Assembly (NCBI GenBank): GCA_965287045.1
Contig: OZ336881.1
Span: 37,944,001 to 38,008,000, forward strand
Reading direction: 5' to 3'
DNA: 64,000 bases
Source: Carcharhinus amblyrhynchos
Lineage: Eukaryota
Position 1 is the first letter of the stretch. Each line of letters begins with the position of its first letter. Made by a program: the position numbers and the translations under genes. Below are positions 26,159 to 37,664 of this stretch, in pieces. The notes beneath the pieces were generated by a model. The model made no database searches and was not told the DNA's origin. It saw nothing but the letters and a program-made list of their open reading frames with translations.

Positions 26159-26616
26159 GTGCTTTTATATCACAAGAGGAATTGTGATGCCTTCGAAACC
26201 TATCTGTGATCACCTACCTGCCAGTATGTAAGGAAAAACACACGTGGTATCCACTTTAAAGCTCATCTGTTTAATGCATTTACATCTGCTCAATAACATG
26301 GACAGTGTTGTACCCTGACTGGAACTGGTAAGACACTGTTGAGGGGATAATGGGTATTAAATGTGACTTAGTGCACTTAGTTATATGAGGTAGCACAGTA
26401 CTGAGTCACCAATATACATTTGAATGTTTATATTACTGCTTATTCCAAATTGGTAAAAGACAGGGAAAGTGATTGAGAAAGTGAATGAGTGTGAGAACTA
26501 ATGAGTGAACAAATGTGAAAGTGAGTGTGTGCGTGTGAACGAGTGAGTGTGTGTGAGAGAGAAAGATTGGGAGTGCGCCAGGCACACACATGCAGACAGA
26601 AGTTGATCAGTGTAGG

Positions 26617-26650
<34 letters not shown>
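26617..26650. repeat. (CA)n microsatellite
   Basis: Uninterrupted AC dinucleotide run; degenerate GT/GA run upstream at ~26520-26560. Confidence 0.95.
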
Positions 26651-26652
<2 letters not shown>

Positions 26653-27399
26653 CCTTTCTCTTCAACCCTGCTTAAAAACCTATCCACACATCGGGCTGGG
26701 AAAGAAAGAAAGTTCAGATTGAAATGTACCCGCCTCTGAGCCTTGCTCGTGTATGAATTCTGCCAGCTCAGAATGCGCACCTGAAGTCGGTGTTAGATAA
26801 ACCTAACTATTTGACCAGGACTGGGGGGCCGAGTAAGACAAGTACTGGTTCTGCTTCATGAGCATAAAAGAAGGTTTTATTAGTTAGCTCTGCTACTTGG
26901 CACATTTTAAAGGTGACTTTTATTTGTCATTCAATTATTAAACTATCAATTTGTTATTTTTATAATTGCCTTCCTGTGCTCAGGATTTTTTGAATGTTTT
27001 TTCATAGCTTAACTTTTTATTTAAGTTCATGTTTAAGTTTGTGCCACAGCAGATCTCAGGCTGGCTTGTTGAGTATTTCCAGCATTTTCTGTTTATATTT
27101 CAGATTTCCAGCAACTGCAGTACTTTACTATCTTATGATCTGCTCCACGTTGGGCATTTTAACTAGTTTCAGTTTAAATTGAGAAAATATTTATCACTCA
27201 ATGCAAATTGTTACTTTTCAGCAGACAAAACCATTTGTGTGGATTGGAGTATCACATTACTCTAGATGAATTGGGGCTAATTTACTGGAAGGTTTTGCCA
27301 TTTTAAAATTTGGAAGTGAAGCCAAGAGTCAAGTGCCAGTGGAATATGTCACTGTTAGTTCAAGATATTCCCTTTTGTCCATCGGAATGTTGTTTGTGG

Positions 27400-28420
27400 T
27401 GCTCTTGAGATTCAGGTCCATTGGATGTTGCATAGGGCCCAGTACAAAGAAGTGGAGCTGGTTGTCTATATGAATAATCTAGCTGTCCATAAATGTCTGA
27501 CAAAGCTATGGTTGTCAAGGGTATCACATTGAAATGTGGACTTCATAAATAAAGGCATAGAGTACAAAAGCCAAGAAGTTTTGCTTAACAGTTCAACCAT
27601 ACTCTGACCATGGTTCCCAATTCTGATGGATATGAGTGGGAGAGTTAATGAGGTGGAAGGACTAAGGGGCCCAGAACAGGAGAAGCACCAGGGCCTATGA
27701 TTTCTCTCTCTGGCTCTGGTGACGAGCCACCATATTGAACTGTTGAAATCAATTTGAAGTAGCAACAACTATAGTGCTGTTAGGAAGGGATGTGTAAGGC
27801 CAATTATAACTCTTCCTGTCCTGACTGTGGGTGAAAAAAGCAGTTAGTCATCAGCAGAATGGAATATTTTTCTATTGTTCTGGCAGAGTTCTTATGTAGG
27901 ACACGCAACACAATGTAGTCCAATCAATTGTATGTTAGGGAAGTCTAAGGTGTGGTCAAATCCCCCCTCCTCATTCCTCCTCTTCCCTCCAGCAATGCAA
28001 AAGGAGGTTTCATGTATTTATCTTTGTACAGAAACTCGCAATAATCTCCCTGACACAATGACCTACTCGAAATTGATTGCTATAGCCTGAACTGAACTGT
28101 TCACATCGAGGTTTACAGCAATGGTTGCTTAAACAGCTCCAGGCAGCGGTGTCAAAGTCCTGGTTTGAGGTTGCATTTGTGATTTCAGCAGCAGGCGTAA
28201 CTCAGTGACAACCTTCTTAAGAAAGCAAAGGTTCTTCATGCAGCATTCTTCAGTGACATCAGGGTCAGAGACCATGTTCTTGAAGACAGGATATAACCTG
28301 TTGAGTGCACTGTTGTTCCTCCTCCTCCTTCCTCTTCTGATGGCTTGCCTCCAAAGATGGCCTTCACTCTCGATTCCAAGAAGTTGCCCCACCAGACCAA
28401 CCATGTCAGAAAGCAATTAA
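27400..28420 (-). pseudogene. Decayed Harbinger (HARBI1-like) transposase
   Basis: RRRRR..L.RLYPVF....D.TEECC...L.F.K..VTEL..LL...MQP.T....PLP.AV..TIA.N, followed by frameshifted IDWT and NRK.FHS remnants; TIR-like 'ggaatttttgggcc' near 28840. Confidence 0.7.
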
Positions 28421-29625
28421 ATTGTGCAGTAGATATAGGCAGGGCTGTGAAAGCTGCTGGATCTCTCCCTCTCTCTGAGTACGCCACTGCAACTTTCAGC
28501 AGCCCTAAAGCGGAGAAGTCAACTATTAATAATCAAAAGTAATAATCTAACAATAGATCAGTACTTGTGAATGATTTTAAATGTCAGCCACAGAAGGTAC
28601 TTCAGATCAGTCAGCATCGTGTTTAGATCAGCAAGATCAGCACAGAAAGTCCTATTGATTGAGGTCTTCCAAATTGGAAATAGCAGTCTTCATCCTGCAT
28701 CGTCCACTGGTCAGTATTCCTCCTCTGCATGTTACCAGTGTTCTGGAAGGATCAGGCACTAAATCCTTCACCAAGACAGCATATTTTGCACTTCTAATTG
28801 TAAGTGTTCATGCACATACCTTGCATGGAATTTTTGGGCCATAGGTGGCCCTGCAGTGGCTAAAAATTGGGACCTCACACACTCAGGGAAACTATTTCCA
28901 GCAAGCCAAGAAAATTCCATCTAAGCTATGACTTAAGACAGGGACTGAAAATTCAACAGTGCCTGTTTTACAGATCAGAGATCAACACGCATGATCGAGG
29001 TGACCAAGGAAACAGGCAACTTTCATGTTGCCTGATCATCATTGTGAGTGCAGATCAGCACTAAGTGTGCTGCTGACTGGCTGTGTGCTCAGTAGGCATG
29101 CCAGATGTGGGCCTGTCCCAAATGTGTTAAAGCTAGCTGCCATTTCTCAAAGCCTACCTCTGCCGCTTAAAAGCAAGGGACGTTCTGACTGCAGCAGTGG
29201 TAAGATTGCTTCCGAAAGTGTATCTCAGAAGGACCAAAGTGTTTCAGTGGAGCAGTAAGCCACAGAGGGGGTCCTAGGGTCATGTCAGCCTTAGTCTAAG
29301 AGGTGGAAAGGAGGAGTGACTTTGGCCTGGATGTTCCTCACAGAGGAGGGCTTCGGCAACCTGGAAATCCCACTCCCGAACACTGAACCTACCATTTTTG
29401 TAGGGGCGAGATTCTTAGGTCAGGATTCATGCATATGCATTTCACAGAGACAGCTACACACAGCAATCATCCGCTTCCTCCACTTTGTATGATTTTAGGG
29501 TGGAGAATGTCTGAAACCCAACCTGTGCACTAATTTGACATGGAGATTATAAAGGGGCAGTGGATGGGTTTGTGTGGGCATAGGCTGGCATGGAGGGTAT
29601 AAGGGGCCATGAGGGTGGGCAAATG

Positions 29626-29778
29626 TCACGATGTGGAGATGCTGGCGTTGGACTGGGGTAAACACAGTAAGAAGTCTCACAACACCAGGTTAAAGTCCAA
29701 CAGGTTTATTTGATAGCAAAAGCTTTTGCTTCCAAATAAACCCGTTGGACTTTAACCTGGTGTTGTGAGACTTCTTAT
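29626..29778. mobile_element. Fold-back (palindromic) Penelope terminal fragment with TSD
   Basis: Both arms match 54508-54600; palindrome 29668-29777; 12-bp TSD ggtgggcaaatg at 29614-29625 and 29779-29790. Confidence 0.9.
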
Positions 29779-30321
29779 GGTGGGCAAATGAGCATAGGTT
29801 GGTATGGGGGCTATGAAAGGTCATGGGGATGAGTGTCATGGGGACAGCACTGCCCTCATTCTTACTGTGTGGCTATAGGATTGGTTGAGGAGGTAGCACA
29901 GTGAGTCAGAGTGAACCACTCTTGGTGAATCAGAGCTGCTTCATCCACTGTTCTTGGCTGAGGTGGAGGTGGGAAAAGTGTTCTGTGAATCCTGTAGCTG
30001 GATATAGCTTTCTATAGAGGGTTCTCTTCCTTTGTCCCTTTGCAGACAGCTTCTCCTCTCCATTCTGTTTCCCTGTCATGCTGCAGCCTAACAGAAAATG
30101 CAACTATAGTCTCCATTAAAGGCTTTCTGCTGACAGGCCTTCAAACTCCACTGAACTACATGGAAAAGTCCAGCAGCACTGTCTCCTGACTCAAACAACG
30201 TTCAAGAGCTTCTCCCCAACATTGAATACATTACATCCATTCACTCTATAACAGCAAAGAAAGATTGAAAACAGCTCATCTGGGAGTCCCATGTTGATGC
30301 CTTGAAATAGCTTACTAGTTT

Positions 30322-30630
30322 TACAGTTTATTTATTTTAGTGTCACAAGTAGGCTTACATTAACACTGTAATAAAGTTACTGTGAAAATCCCCTTAATTG
30401 CTGTACTCCGGCGCCTATTCAGCTACGCTGAGGGAGAATTTAGTATGGCCAATGCACCTAAGCAATACATCTTTCGGACTATGGGAGGAAACTGGAGCAC
30501 CCAGAGGAAACCCACGCAGACACAGGGAGGACATACAGGTTCCACACAGACAGTCACCCAAGCCAGGAATCAAACTCGGGTCCCTGGTGCTGTGAGGGAG
30601 CAGTGCTAACCATGTGCCACCATGCCACCC
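30322..30630 (-). mobile_element. V-SINE with type B tail
   Basis: Matches the reverse complement of 23444-23755. Confidence 0.9.
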
Positions 30631-30748
30631 ACTGTACTACCATGCTGCCATAGTGGGGTAACGTCCATGCACACTCCACTGACAGTGTGTAAGAGAGGGT
30701 GCTAACTGGGCCTGCAAGGTCTAAAATGGTGGTTCAAACATCAAAAAC

Positions 30749-31220
30749 ACCGGAGATGAGGGGGTTAGCTTACGAGGAGAGATTGAGTAGATCGGGCCTG
30801 TACTCGTTAGAGTTCAGAAGGCTGAGGGGTGATCTTATAGAGACATATAAGATAATGAAGGGGCTAGATAGAGTAGAGGCAGAGAGATTCTTTCCACTTA
30901 GAAAGGAAACCAGAACTAGGCACAGCCTCAAAATAAGGGGTGGGGGAGCAGTTTAGAACAGAGTTGAGGAGGAACTTCTTCTCTCAGAGGGTAGTGAATC
31001 TCTGGAATTCTCTGCCCATTGAAGTGGTGGAGGCTACCTCGCTAAATATATTTAAGTCACGGGTAGATAGATTTCTGATTGATAAGGGAATTAAGGGCTA
31101 TGGGGAGCAGGTGGGTAAGTGGAACTGATCCCCTTCAGATCAGCCACGATCTTATTGAATGGCGGGGCAGGCTCGGGGGGCTAGATGGCCTACTCCTGCT
31201 CCTATTTCTTATGTTCTTAC
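30749..31220 (+). mobile_element. Young CR1/HER1 3' fragment
   Basis: PEMRGLAYEERLSRSGLYSLEFRRLRGDLIETYKIM; 3' UTR nearly identical to 37665-37755 with tail 'cctatttcttatgttctta'. Confidence 0.95.
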
Positions 31221-31649
31221 GTAAAATGTTGCTTGATGTCACAATGTGCTGATGTTGCAAGACCCTGCTGCCCACATGAGATGCCTGAGCTATTGCTCTT
31301 TCAAGAATGGTGATCCACCTAAGGCATGGAAGAAGTAGGCGCAACAGGATTAATCCATTTTCAACATCAGCAGGTTAGTGCCAACATCAACAACACAATT
31401 CTGTGGCTTAGGTTTTATTTCCTATTTCATTAAATTTCTCAGGGCACAATCCTCCCTACTTCCAGAAATAAAATTAATATTCAGCATGCCATCATGAAAC
31501 TATGACTGTGTTACTTGCAAATCTTTGGATATCCCTGGACAATCCTGAAACTTTTATGAAAACAGAATTTCTACAGGATTCCTTTATATCTAGGTTACAT
31601 CCCACAGTGTTGTAGCTCAAGGAAATATCTGAGCAATTTGCTCATATGT

Positions 31650-32787
31650 TTGTATTCAGACTTTCTGGTTTTCAGAGAGGTTTAGTCACAATTCTCCATG
31701 GCACTGAATTATCTAGCAGCCTGCTTATTTATAAGTCAATGTTCAGAGTACTTGTGGAGAGCGGATTGTTCCTAAGAAAGAGACTATCAGATTCAAGCCT
31801 TGGCTGTCTCTCATTGGGCCTCAGACACTCAACAGGGCATTCATCAGGAGCAGCAATAGCCTTCAATGAGGTACAGGAAGGCTACCTGTGTATACAGGGC
31901 AGTGGTTCCAATTCCCTGACATTTCAGTACTGCAGTGCTTCTGGAGTAAAACATTGTTGTGTTAGGTGGTGGCGCACCCCTGCAGCATCCTAGAAATAGC
32001 CTTACTCTCTGCTGTTATTAGTGGCCATGCTCTCTCAGTGATGCTGTAAGTAAATTTGAAAGCTTTCCAGGGAGGCATATCTAAGATGTCCAAGGATAAG
32101 GAGGAGGAGAAATGAATCCCGAACACAACACCAGAAGTTTGCATTGGTTCCCAGCATGTCAGGAATTCCATTGCTGCTGTAAGGCTTAGGTAGTTATAAC
32201 CACTGAATCCATGTAACAATTGTATCCAACAATCACTCACACCCTCATCCCTCTCTCTACCCAATCTTGCAATACATTCCAAGAAATTCCACAACCAACC
32301 AATTACCTATTACTCATTCCGCCAATGGCCTATGTCAATTCATCAACAACTGAGAAGACAATTGATACCCAACAACCAAGAAGCAACAATGAAAGGTGGT
32401 GCAACATTAAACCTAACATGTAATATATTCAATCACCAATGTGCATGACCTTGTGTGACTCTAAACATTACTATTTATTTTCTTACCTGTCCTACAGATT
32501 GCAGGGTGAGGAGGGTGAAGGGACTCGTCAGTCATTTTTGGATGAGGAGAACACAGGAGGACAGGTTAGTGCATGTGCAGAGGCCCACTCAGCGCTATGC
32601 TGCCGGCCTCTCGGATGGGAACCGGACCCACTCCCAGCTTTCCAGAGTGAATCATGCTAGGCACCTTGCAGTGTTCAAAGTGTCAGAGATTCACTCTGGT
32701 AAGTACGCTAAAAAAACTGATGGGAATTACTCCTGTTTTCCCGCATGTTGGGAACTTAGATATTTTTTGTTCGGAGAATCCTGGCCC
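31650..32787 (+). mobile_element. Highly decayed Harbinger-like element (possible transposase C-terminal remnant plus terminus)
   Basis: Weak GGAPLQ.P / LCC remnants near 31965-32030; terminus 'ggagaatcctggccc' shared with 2020-2160. Confidence 0.4.
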
Positions 32788-33143
32788 ACATCATTTTGTC
32801 AAACAACCATTTGTCTACCTTTGCTAAATTGTAATTTCTTGAATTTGACATTACTTCCTTCCACTACTTGGTACTATTGCCTACTTCACCAAAGGTAGAG
32901 TAAGTTTGCTCAGATTCTTGTCCTGACTGCTCAGATACACATGGCCAATACCCTTACAGTGTTGGAGCTCATGGGGTCTCCAGCAAAGACTGCTCCACCT
33001 GTAGTCATACAGGGCTAGACTTACCCATTGGGAGAGGAGACAGCAAGTTGGAGGAAGGTGGGGAACAGGTAAGTGTTGAAAGCACATTGAGTGAAAATCA
33101 ATGTTCCATTTCTCATCAACCCTCGAATGGTCCAGTCACACTT

Positions 33144-33459
33144 CTTTAACTTTAATTCAGCTTATTAGTGTCACAAGTTAGGCTTACATTACACTGCAAT
33201 GAAGCTACTGTGAAAATTCCCTGGTCGCCACACTCTGGCCTCTGTTTGGGTACATTGAGGGAGAATTTAGCCTGGCCAATACACATAACCAGCACGCCTT
33301 TTGGACTGTGGGAGGAAACTGGAACACCTGAAGGAAATCCACGCAGGCACAGGGAAAACATGCAAAGTCCATACAGACAGTGACCTAAGCTGGGAATTGA
33401 ACCTGGGTCCCTGGTGCTGTGAGGCAGCAGTGCTAATCACTGTGTCACCACACCGCCCC
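33144..33459 (-). mobile_element. V-SINE with type B tail
   Basis: Full-length match to 23444-23755. Confidence 0.9.
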
Positions 33460-34509
33460 TCTTAATCTTACTACTCTGTTGGAGGGCAGCTTGGTGCATA
33501 TCTGTGATGCATTGTAAGGCTAACATTAAGATATCTATCATCCTATTTAAGGTAGCAGACCTGTTGGCATTCACACAGTCATGATCAAAGCTATATTATT
33601 TCATTTGATTGTAATAATTGATGTTCCATGGAGCTGACCACTCTACGCACGGAAGAAGATATAATCTCAATGCCCTGCAATATCAATTGCTTATGCTTGA
33701 GGCAAAATCTTCCTTCCTCCATGGACGCAATTGTTGAAAGGTCTTACAGTGGATCACAAAGTATCTGCTGCCTCTTAATGACCATTCTTTTCATTGATGG
33801 CCCTTGAGGTACATGCTCTGTGTTCAGCTGAGCCAAGCTAGCCGAAGGGTATGCTTTGCAACACAGACAGATCACAGCTGTTGCCGCCACCACTACTCTT
33901 GCTCACTTGTAATGTGTGCAACAAAAGATGAAAGCTCAATTATCTGTCTCAGTGAACCCATCAAAGTGTGAGACTCCTGGCTGGATTATGTTAAGCATGA
34001 ATCCTGTGACGGAGCATGCTGATTGTCTTTCTGACGATTTGTCATCCAGGAGGTCCATTGGCAGTTGTTGCATGTTTGGAGGTATTCACAGAGATAAAGG
34101 TGTGAATTAGTACTGGCAAAATAAAAATGTCACAACTTATTATGAAGATGATCATGTCTCACTCACTGCTGAAATCGAATTATCATGATGGATTATTGTA
34201 TGATATGTAAGCTAATGATATTTAATTGCATTACCAGGTTGCTGATTGGTTCACAAACTCCACCTCCTAAGTCAAAGATGAAATGTCCATCTCTTCCGCC
34301 CCAATTATCACACTGAGATCTGTAGAGGACCATCTTCAGTTATTCTCCCCACTTTGGTGTTCAGTGCTCTGTTCTCTTACAATGAGGGAACGAACAGACC
34401 TATTTATGTCTGTAATGGCACATGTTCACCTCATGAGGGTGAGGGTCATTATCAAGAAGAGGCGTTAAGTTGCATAAGGATCAGTGTGATTGACACATGT
34501 GGATGGGTA

Positions 34510-34689
34510 GAAGTGAATGGGTGGCTCAGGGATTGGTGTGGGAGGAATGGGTTTGAATTTATGGGGCATTGGCACCAGTATTGGGGTAGGTGGGACTTGT
34601 TCGGGTGGGATGGGGTTGGTCTGAACCGTGCTGGGACCAGAGTGCTGGCAAATCGAGTAAAGAGGACTGTAGACAGGGCTTTAAACTAA
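34510..34689 (+). pseudogene. CR1 ORF1 C-terminal fragment (SGNH esterase-like domain)
   Basis: EVNGWLRDWCGRNGFEFMGHWHQYWGRWDLFGWDGVGLNRAGTRVLANRVKRTVDRALN*, typical CR1 ORF1 end. Confidence 0.85.
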
Positions 34690-34853
34690 TTAGGGGGGGT
34701 GAGGGTGCGAGGGTAGGTGACGTTACGAGGTCTAAAGTTAAGGATAAGGTACAGGTAAGGGAAGAGGCCGAGGACGTCCCAGTAATAGAGGGAGTAGGGG
34801 GCGTGAGTATGGTTGGTGGCGTTACAGCAAATAGGGTCCAGGTGAAGGCTGGG

Positions 34854-37664
34854 ATGAAAGCGCTTTATCTGAATGCACGAAGCATTCGGAATAAAGTGGA
34901 TGAGCTGGTGGCACAGATCAACACAAATGGATACGATCTGGTGGCCATTACAGAGACGTGGCTGCAAGGTGGCAGGGAGTGGGAGCTGAATGTACAGGGC
35001 TATCAAGTGTTTAGGAAGGATAGGCAGGAGGAAAGAGGGGGTGGCGTAGCTCTGCTGATTAAGGATAGCATCAAGGTGGTAGCAAGGGATGATATTGGAG
35101 TCAAGGAGCAGAACGTGGAATCGTTGTGGGTGGAGATTAGGAACAGCAAAGGGAGGAAGACGCTGGTGGGTGTCGTCTATAGGCCCCTGAATAATGATCT
35201 GGAGGTGGGGCGGGCTGTTAACGCGCAAATAAGTGCGGCGTGCAGGAATGGGACGGCCGTAGTTATGGGGGATTTCAATCTGCGTATTGATTGGTTGACC
35301 CATGTTGGACGCGGTGGGCTCGAGGAGGAGTTCTTGGAATGCTGCCGGGATAATTTCCTTGAACAGTGTGTGTTGGAGCTGACGAGGGAGCGAGCTATCT
35401 TGGATCTGGTGCTATGTAATGAGGCGGGTAGAATTAGGGACCTTGCGGTGAAGGATCCTCTTGGAGAGAGTGATCATTGTATGGTGGAGTTTCTGGTGCA
35501 GATGGAGGAGGAGAAAGTGGGTTCCCGGACACGCGTACTTTGTTTGAATAGAGGGGAGTACGGTAGGATGAGAGAAGAATTGGCGAATGTTGACTGGGGG
35601 AGCGCGTTGGAGGGAGGGTCTGCTGAGGAGCAGTGGAGGATCTTTAAGGAGATCTTTCTTGGTGCTCAGCAGAAATTTATGCCGATGGTTAAAAAGGACC
35701 GTAGGAGGAGAGGTAATCAGCCATGGATAACGAAGGAGGTGAAGGAAAGTGTTAAATTAAAAGCAGAGGAATTTAGAGTAGCTAAGAGTAGTGGGCGAGA
35801 AGAGGATTGGGAGAGGTTTAAATGTCAACAAAGATTGACAAAGAAGTTGATAAGGAAGGGTAGGAGAAACTATGAAGCTGGGCTAGCGCTTAATATAAAA
35901 CAGGATAGCAAGAGTTTTTATAAATATATAAAAGGGAAGAGGCTAGCTAGGGTGAACGTTGGTCCTTTAGAGGATGAGAAAGGGGACCTAGTGGTAGGGG
36001 ATGGGGATATGGCTAAGGTATTGAATAACTTTTTTGTTTCTGTCTTCACGGAGGAGGACGTGAATAATTTGCCGGGTGTTAGCGATGGAAAGGTGGTAGG
36101 ACTGGAGGGTCTTAATAACATTACTGTTACTAGAGAGGCGGTGCTCGACAGACTGGAGGGGCTGATTGTGGACAAGTCCCCAGGACTGGATGGAATGCAT
36201 CCCAGGGTTCTGAAAGAAATGGCGGAGGTGATAGTGGATGCCTTGGTGGTTATTTTCCAGACGTCGCTGGATTCTGGGGAAGTGCCGGAAGATTGGAAAA
36301 CGGCTAATGTTACGCTGTTGTTTAAGAAAGGTGCCAGGCAAAAGGCGGGGAATTATAGGCCGGTTAGTTTAACGTCTGTGGTAGGTAAAATGTTAGAATC
36401 CGTCATTAAGGAGGAAATTGCGAGGCATCTTGAAGGGAATTACTTGATAGAGCAGACGCAGCACGGTTTCATTAAAGGGAAGTCGTGTCTGACAAATTTA
36501 TTGGAGTTCTATGAGGATGTGTCTAGGGCAGTGGATAGAGGAGAGCCGGTGGATGTGGTCTTTCTGGATTTTCAGAAGGCGTTTGACAAAGTACCTCACA
36601 AGAGGTTATTGCAGAAGGTCGGGGGACATGGAGTTGGGGGTAGGGTGTTAGCGTGGATAGAGAGTTGGTTGTCAAATAGGAGGAAGAGAGTGGGGGTCAA
36701 TGGGTGCTATTCGGATTGGCGGATGGTGACTAGTGGAGTGCCCCAGGGGTCGGTGCTGGGGCCTCAGCTTTTTACCATTTATATAGATGATCTGGAGGAG
36801 GGAACCGAGTGTAGGCTGTCGAAATTTGCTGATGACACCAAGACTGGGGGAACGGCAAATTGTGCGGAGGGTGTGGAGAGTCTGCAGAAGGATCTAGATA
36901 GGCTGGGCGAATGGGCCAGGAAATGGCAAATGGAATTTAATGTTGGCAAGTGTGAGGTGGTCCACTTTGGTAGGAAGAATGGTAGGAAGGACTATTACTT
37001 ACGTGGCGAAAAACTGCAGCAGGCGACGGTGCAGAGGGACCTCGGGGTGCTTGTGCAGGAGTCGCAAAAACCCAGCTTGCAGGTGCAGCAGGTGGTCAGG
37101 AAGGCGAATGGGATGCTGGCCTTCATAGCGAGGGGGATTGAATATAAAAGTAGGGAGGTCTTGCTGCAGCTGTATAGGGCATTGGTGAGGCCGCAGCTGG
37201 AGTACTGTGTGCAGTTTTGGGCGCCGCACCTGCGCAAAGATATTTTGGCCTTGGAGGGAGTGCAGGGGAGGTTTACTAGGCTGATACCGGAGTTGAGGGG
37301 GTTGAACTATGAGGAGAGGCTGAATAAACTAGGCTTGTACTCGTTAGAGTTTAGAAGAATGAGGGGAGATCTCATTGAGACGTATAAGATGATGAATGGG
37401 ATGGATAGGATAGAGGTGGAGAGACTCTTCCCGCTCAAAAAAGACAGTAGGACTAGGGGGCACAGCCTCAAGATAAAGGGGGGGCGGTTTAGAACGGAGT
37501 TGAGGAGGAACTTCTTCACTCAAAGGGTGGTGAATCTCTGGAATTCTCTGCCCGTTGAAGTGGTGGAGGCTGCCTCGCTAAATATTTTTAAGACGCGGGT
37601 TGATGGGTTTTTGATAAGAGAGGGGATTAAGGGTTATGGGGAGAGGGCGGGAAGGTGGAACTGA
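34854..37664 (+). CDS. CR1 ORF2: APE endonuclease + reverse transcriptase (start uncertain; frame open from 34590, in-frame ATGs at 34809 and 34854)
   Basis: EN motifs LNARS, ITETW, GDFN, LDLVL, SDH; RT motifs NYRPVSLTS, LDFQKAFDKV, GVPQGSVLGP, FADD; no stops. Confidence 0.95.
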   Translation: MKALYLNARSIRNKVDELVAQINTNGYDLVAITETWLQGGREWELNVQGYQVFRKDRQEERGGGVALLIKDSIKVVARDDIGVKEQNVESLWVEIRNSKGRKTLVGVVYRPLNNDLEVGRAVNAQISAACRNGTAVVMGDFNLRIDWLTHVGRGGLEEEFLECCRDNFLEQCVLELTRERAILDLVLCNEAGRIRDLAVKDPLGESDHCMVEFLVQMEEEKVGSRTRVLCLNRGEYGRMREELANVDWGSALEGGSAEEQWRIFKEIFLGAQQKFMPMVKKDRRRRGNQPWITKEVKESVKLKAEEFRVAKSSGREEDWERFKCQQRLTKKLIRKGRRNYEAGLALNIKQDSKSFYKYIKGKRLARVNVGPLEDEKGDLVVGDGDMAKVLNNFFVSVFTEEDVNNLPGVSDGKVVGLEGLNNITVTREAVLDRLEGLIVDKSPGLDGMHPRVLKEMAEVIVDALVVIFQTSLDSGEVPEDWKTANVTLLFKKGARQKAGNYRPVSLTSVVGKMLESVIKEEIARHLEGNYLIEQTQHGFIKGKSCLTNLLEFYEDVSRAVDRGEPVDVVFLDFQKAFDKVPHKRLLQKVGGHGVGGRVLAWIESWLSNRRKRVGVNGCYSDWRMVTSGVPQGSVLGPQLFTIYIDDLEEGTECRLSKFADDTKTGGTANCAEGVESLQKDLDRLGEWARKWQMEFNVGKCEVVHFGRKNGRKDYYLRGEKLQQATVQRDLGVLVQESQKPSLQVQQVVRKANGMLAFIARGIEYKSREVLLQLYRALVRPQLEYCVQFWAPHLRKDILALEGVQGRFTRLIPELRGLNYEERLNKLGLYSLEFRRMRGDLIETYKMMNGMDRIEVERLFPLKKDSRTRGHSLKIKGGRFRTELRRNFFTQRVVNLWNSLPVEVVEAASLNIFKTRVDGFLIREGIKGYGERAGRWN

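Noticed and set aside
28129-28416. Domesticated HARBI1 gene
   Set aside because: Stops and frameshifts downstream and degraded catalytic motifs indicate a fossil transposon.
34590-34680. GTG at 34590 as the ORF2 start
   Set aside because: Lies inside ORF1 in another frame with no ORF2-like residues; likely an ORF-caller artefact.
34354-34689. 111-aa ORF as a host gene
   Set aside because: Chance fusion of flank with the CR1 ORF1 tail; the element boundary and TSD are at ~34507.
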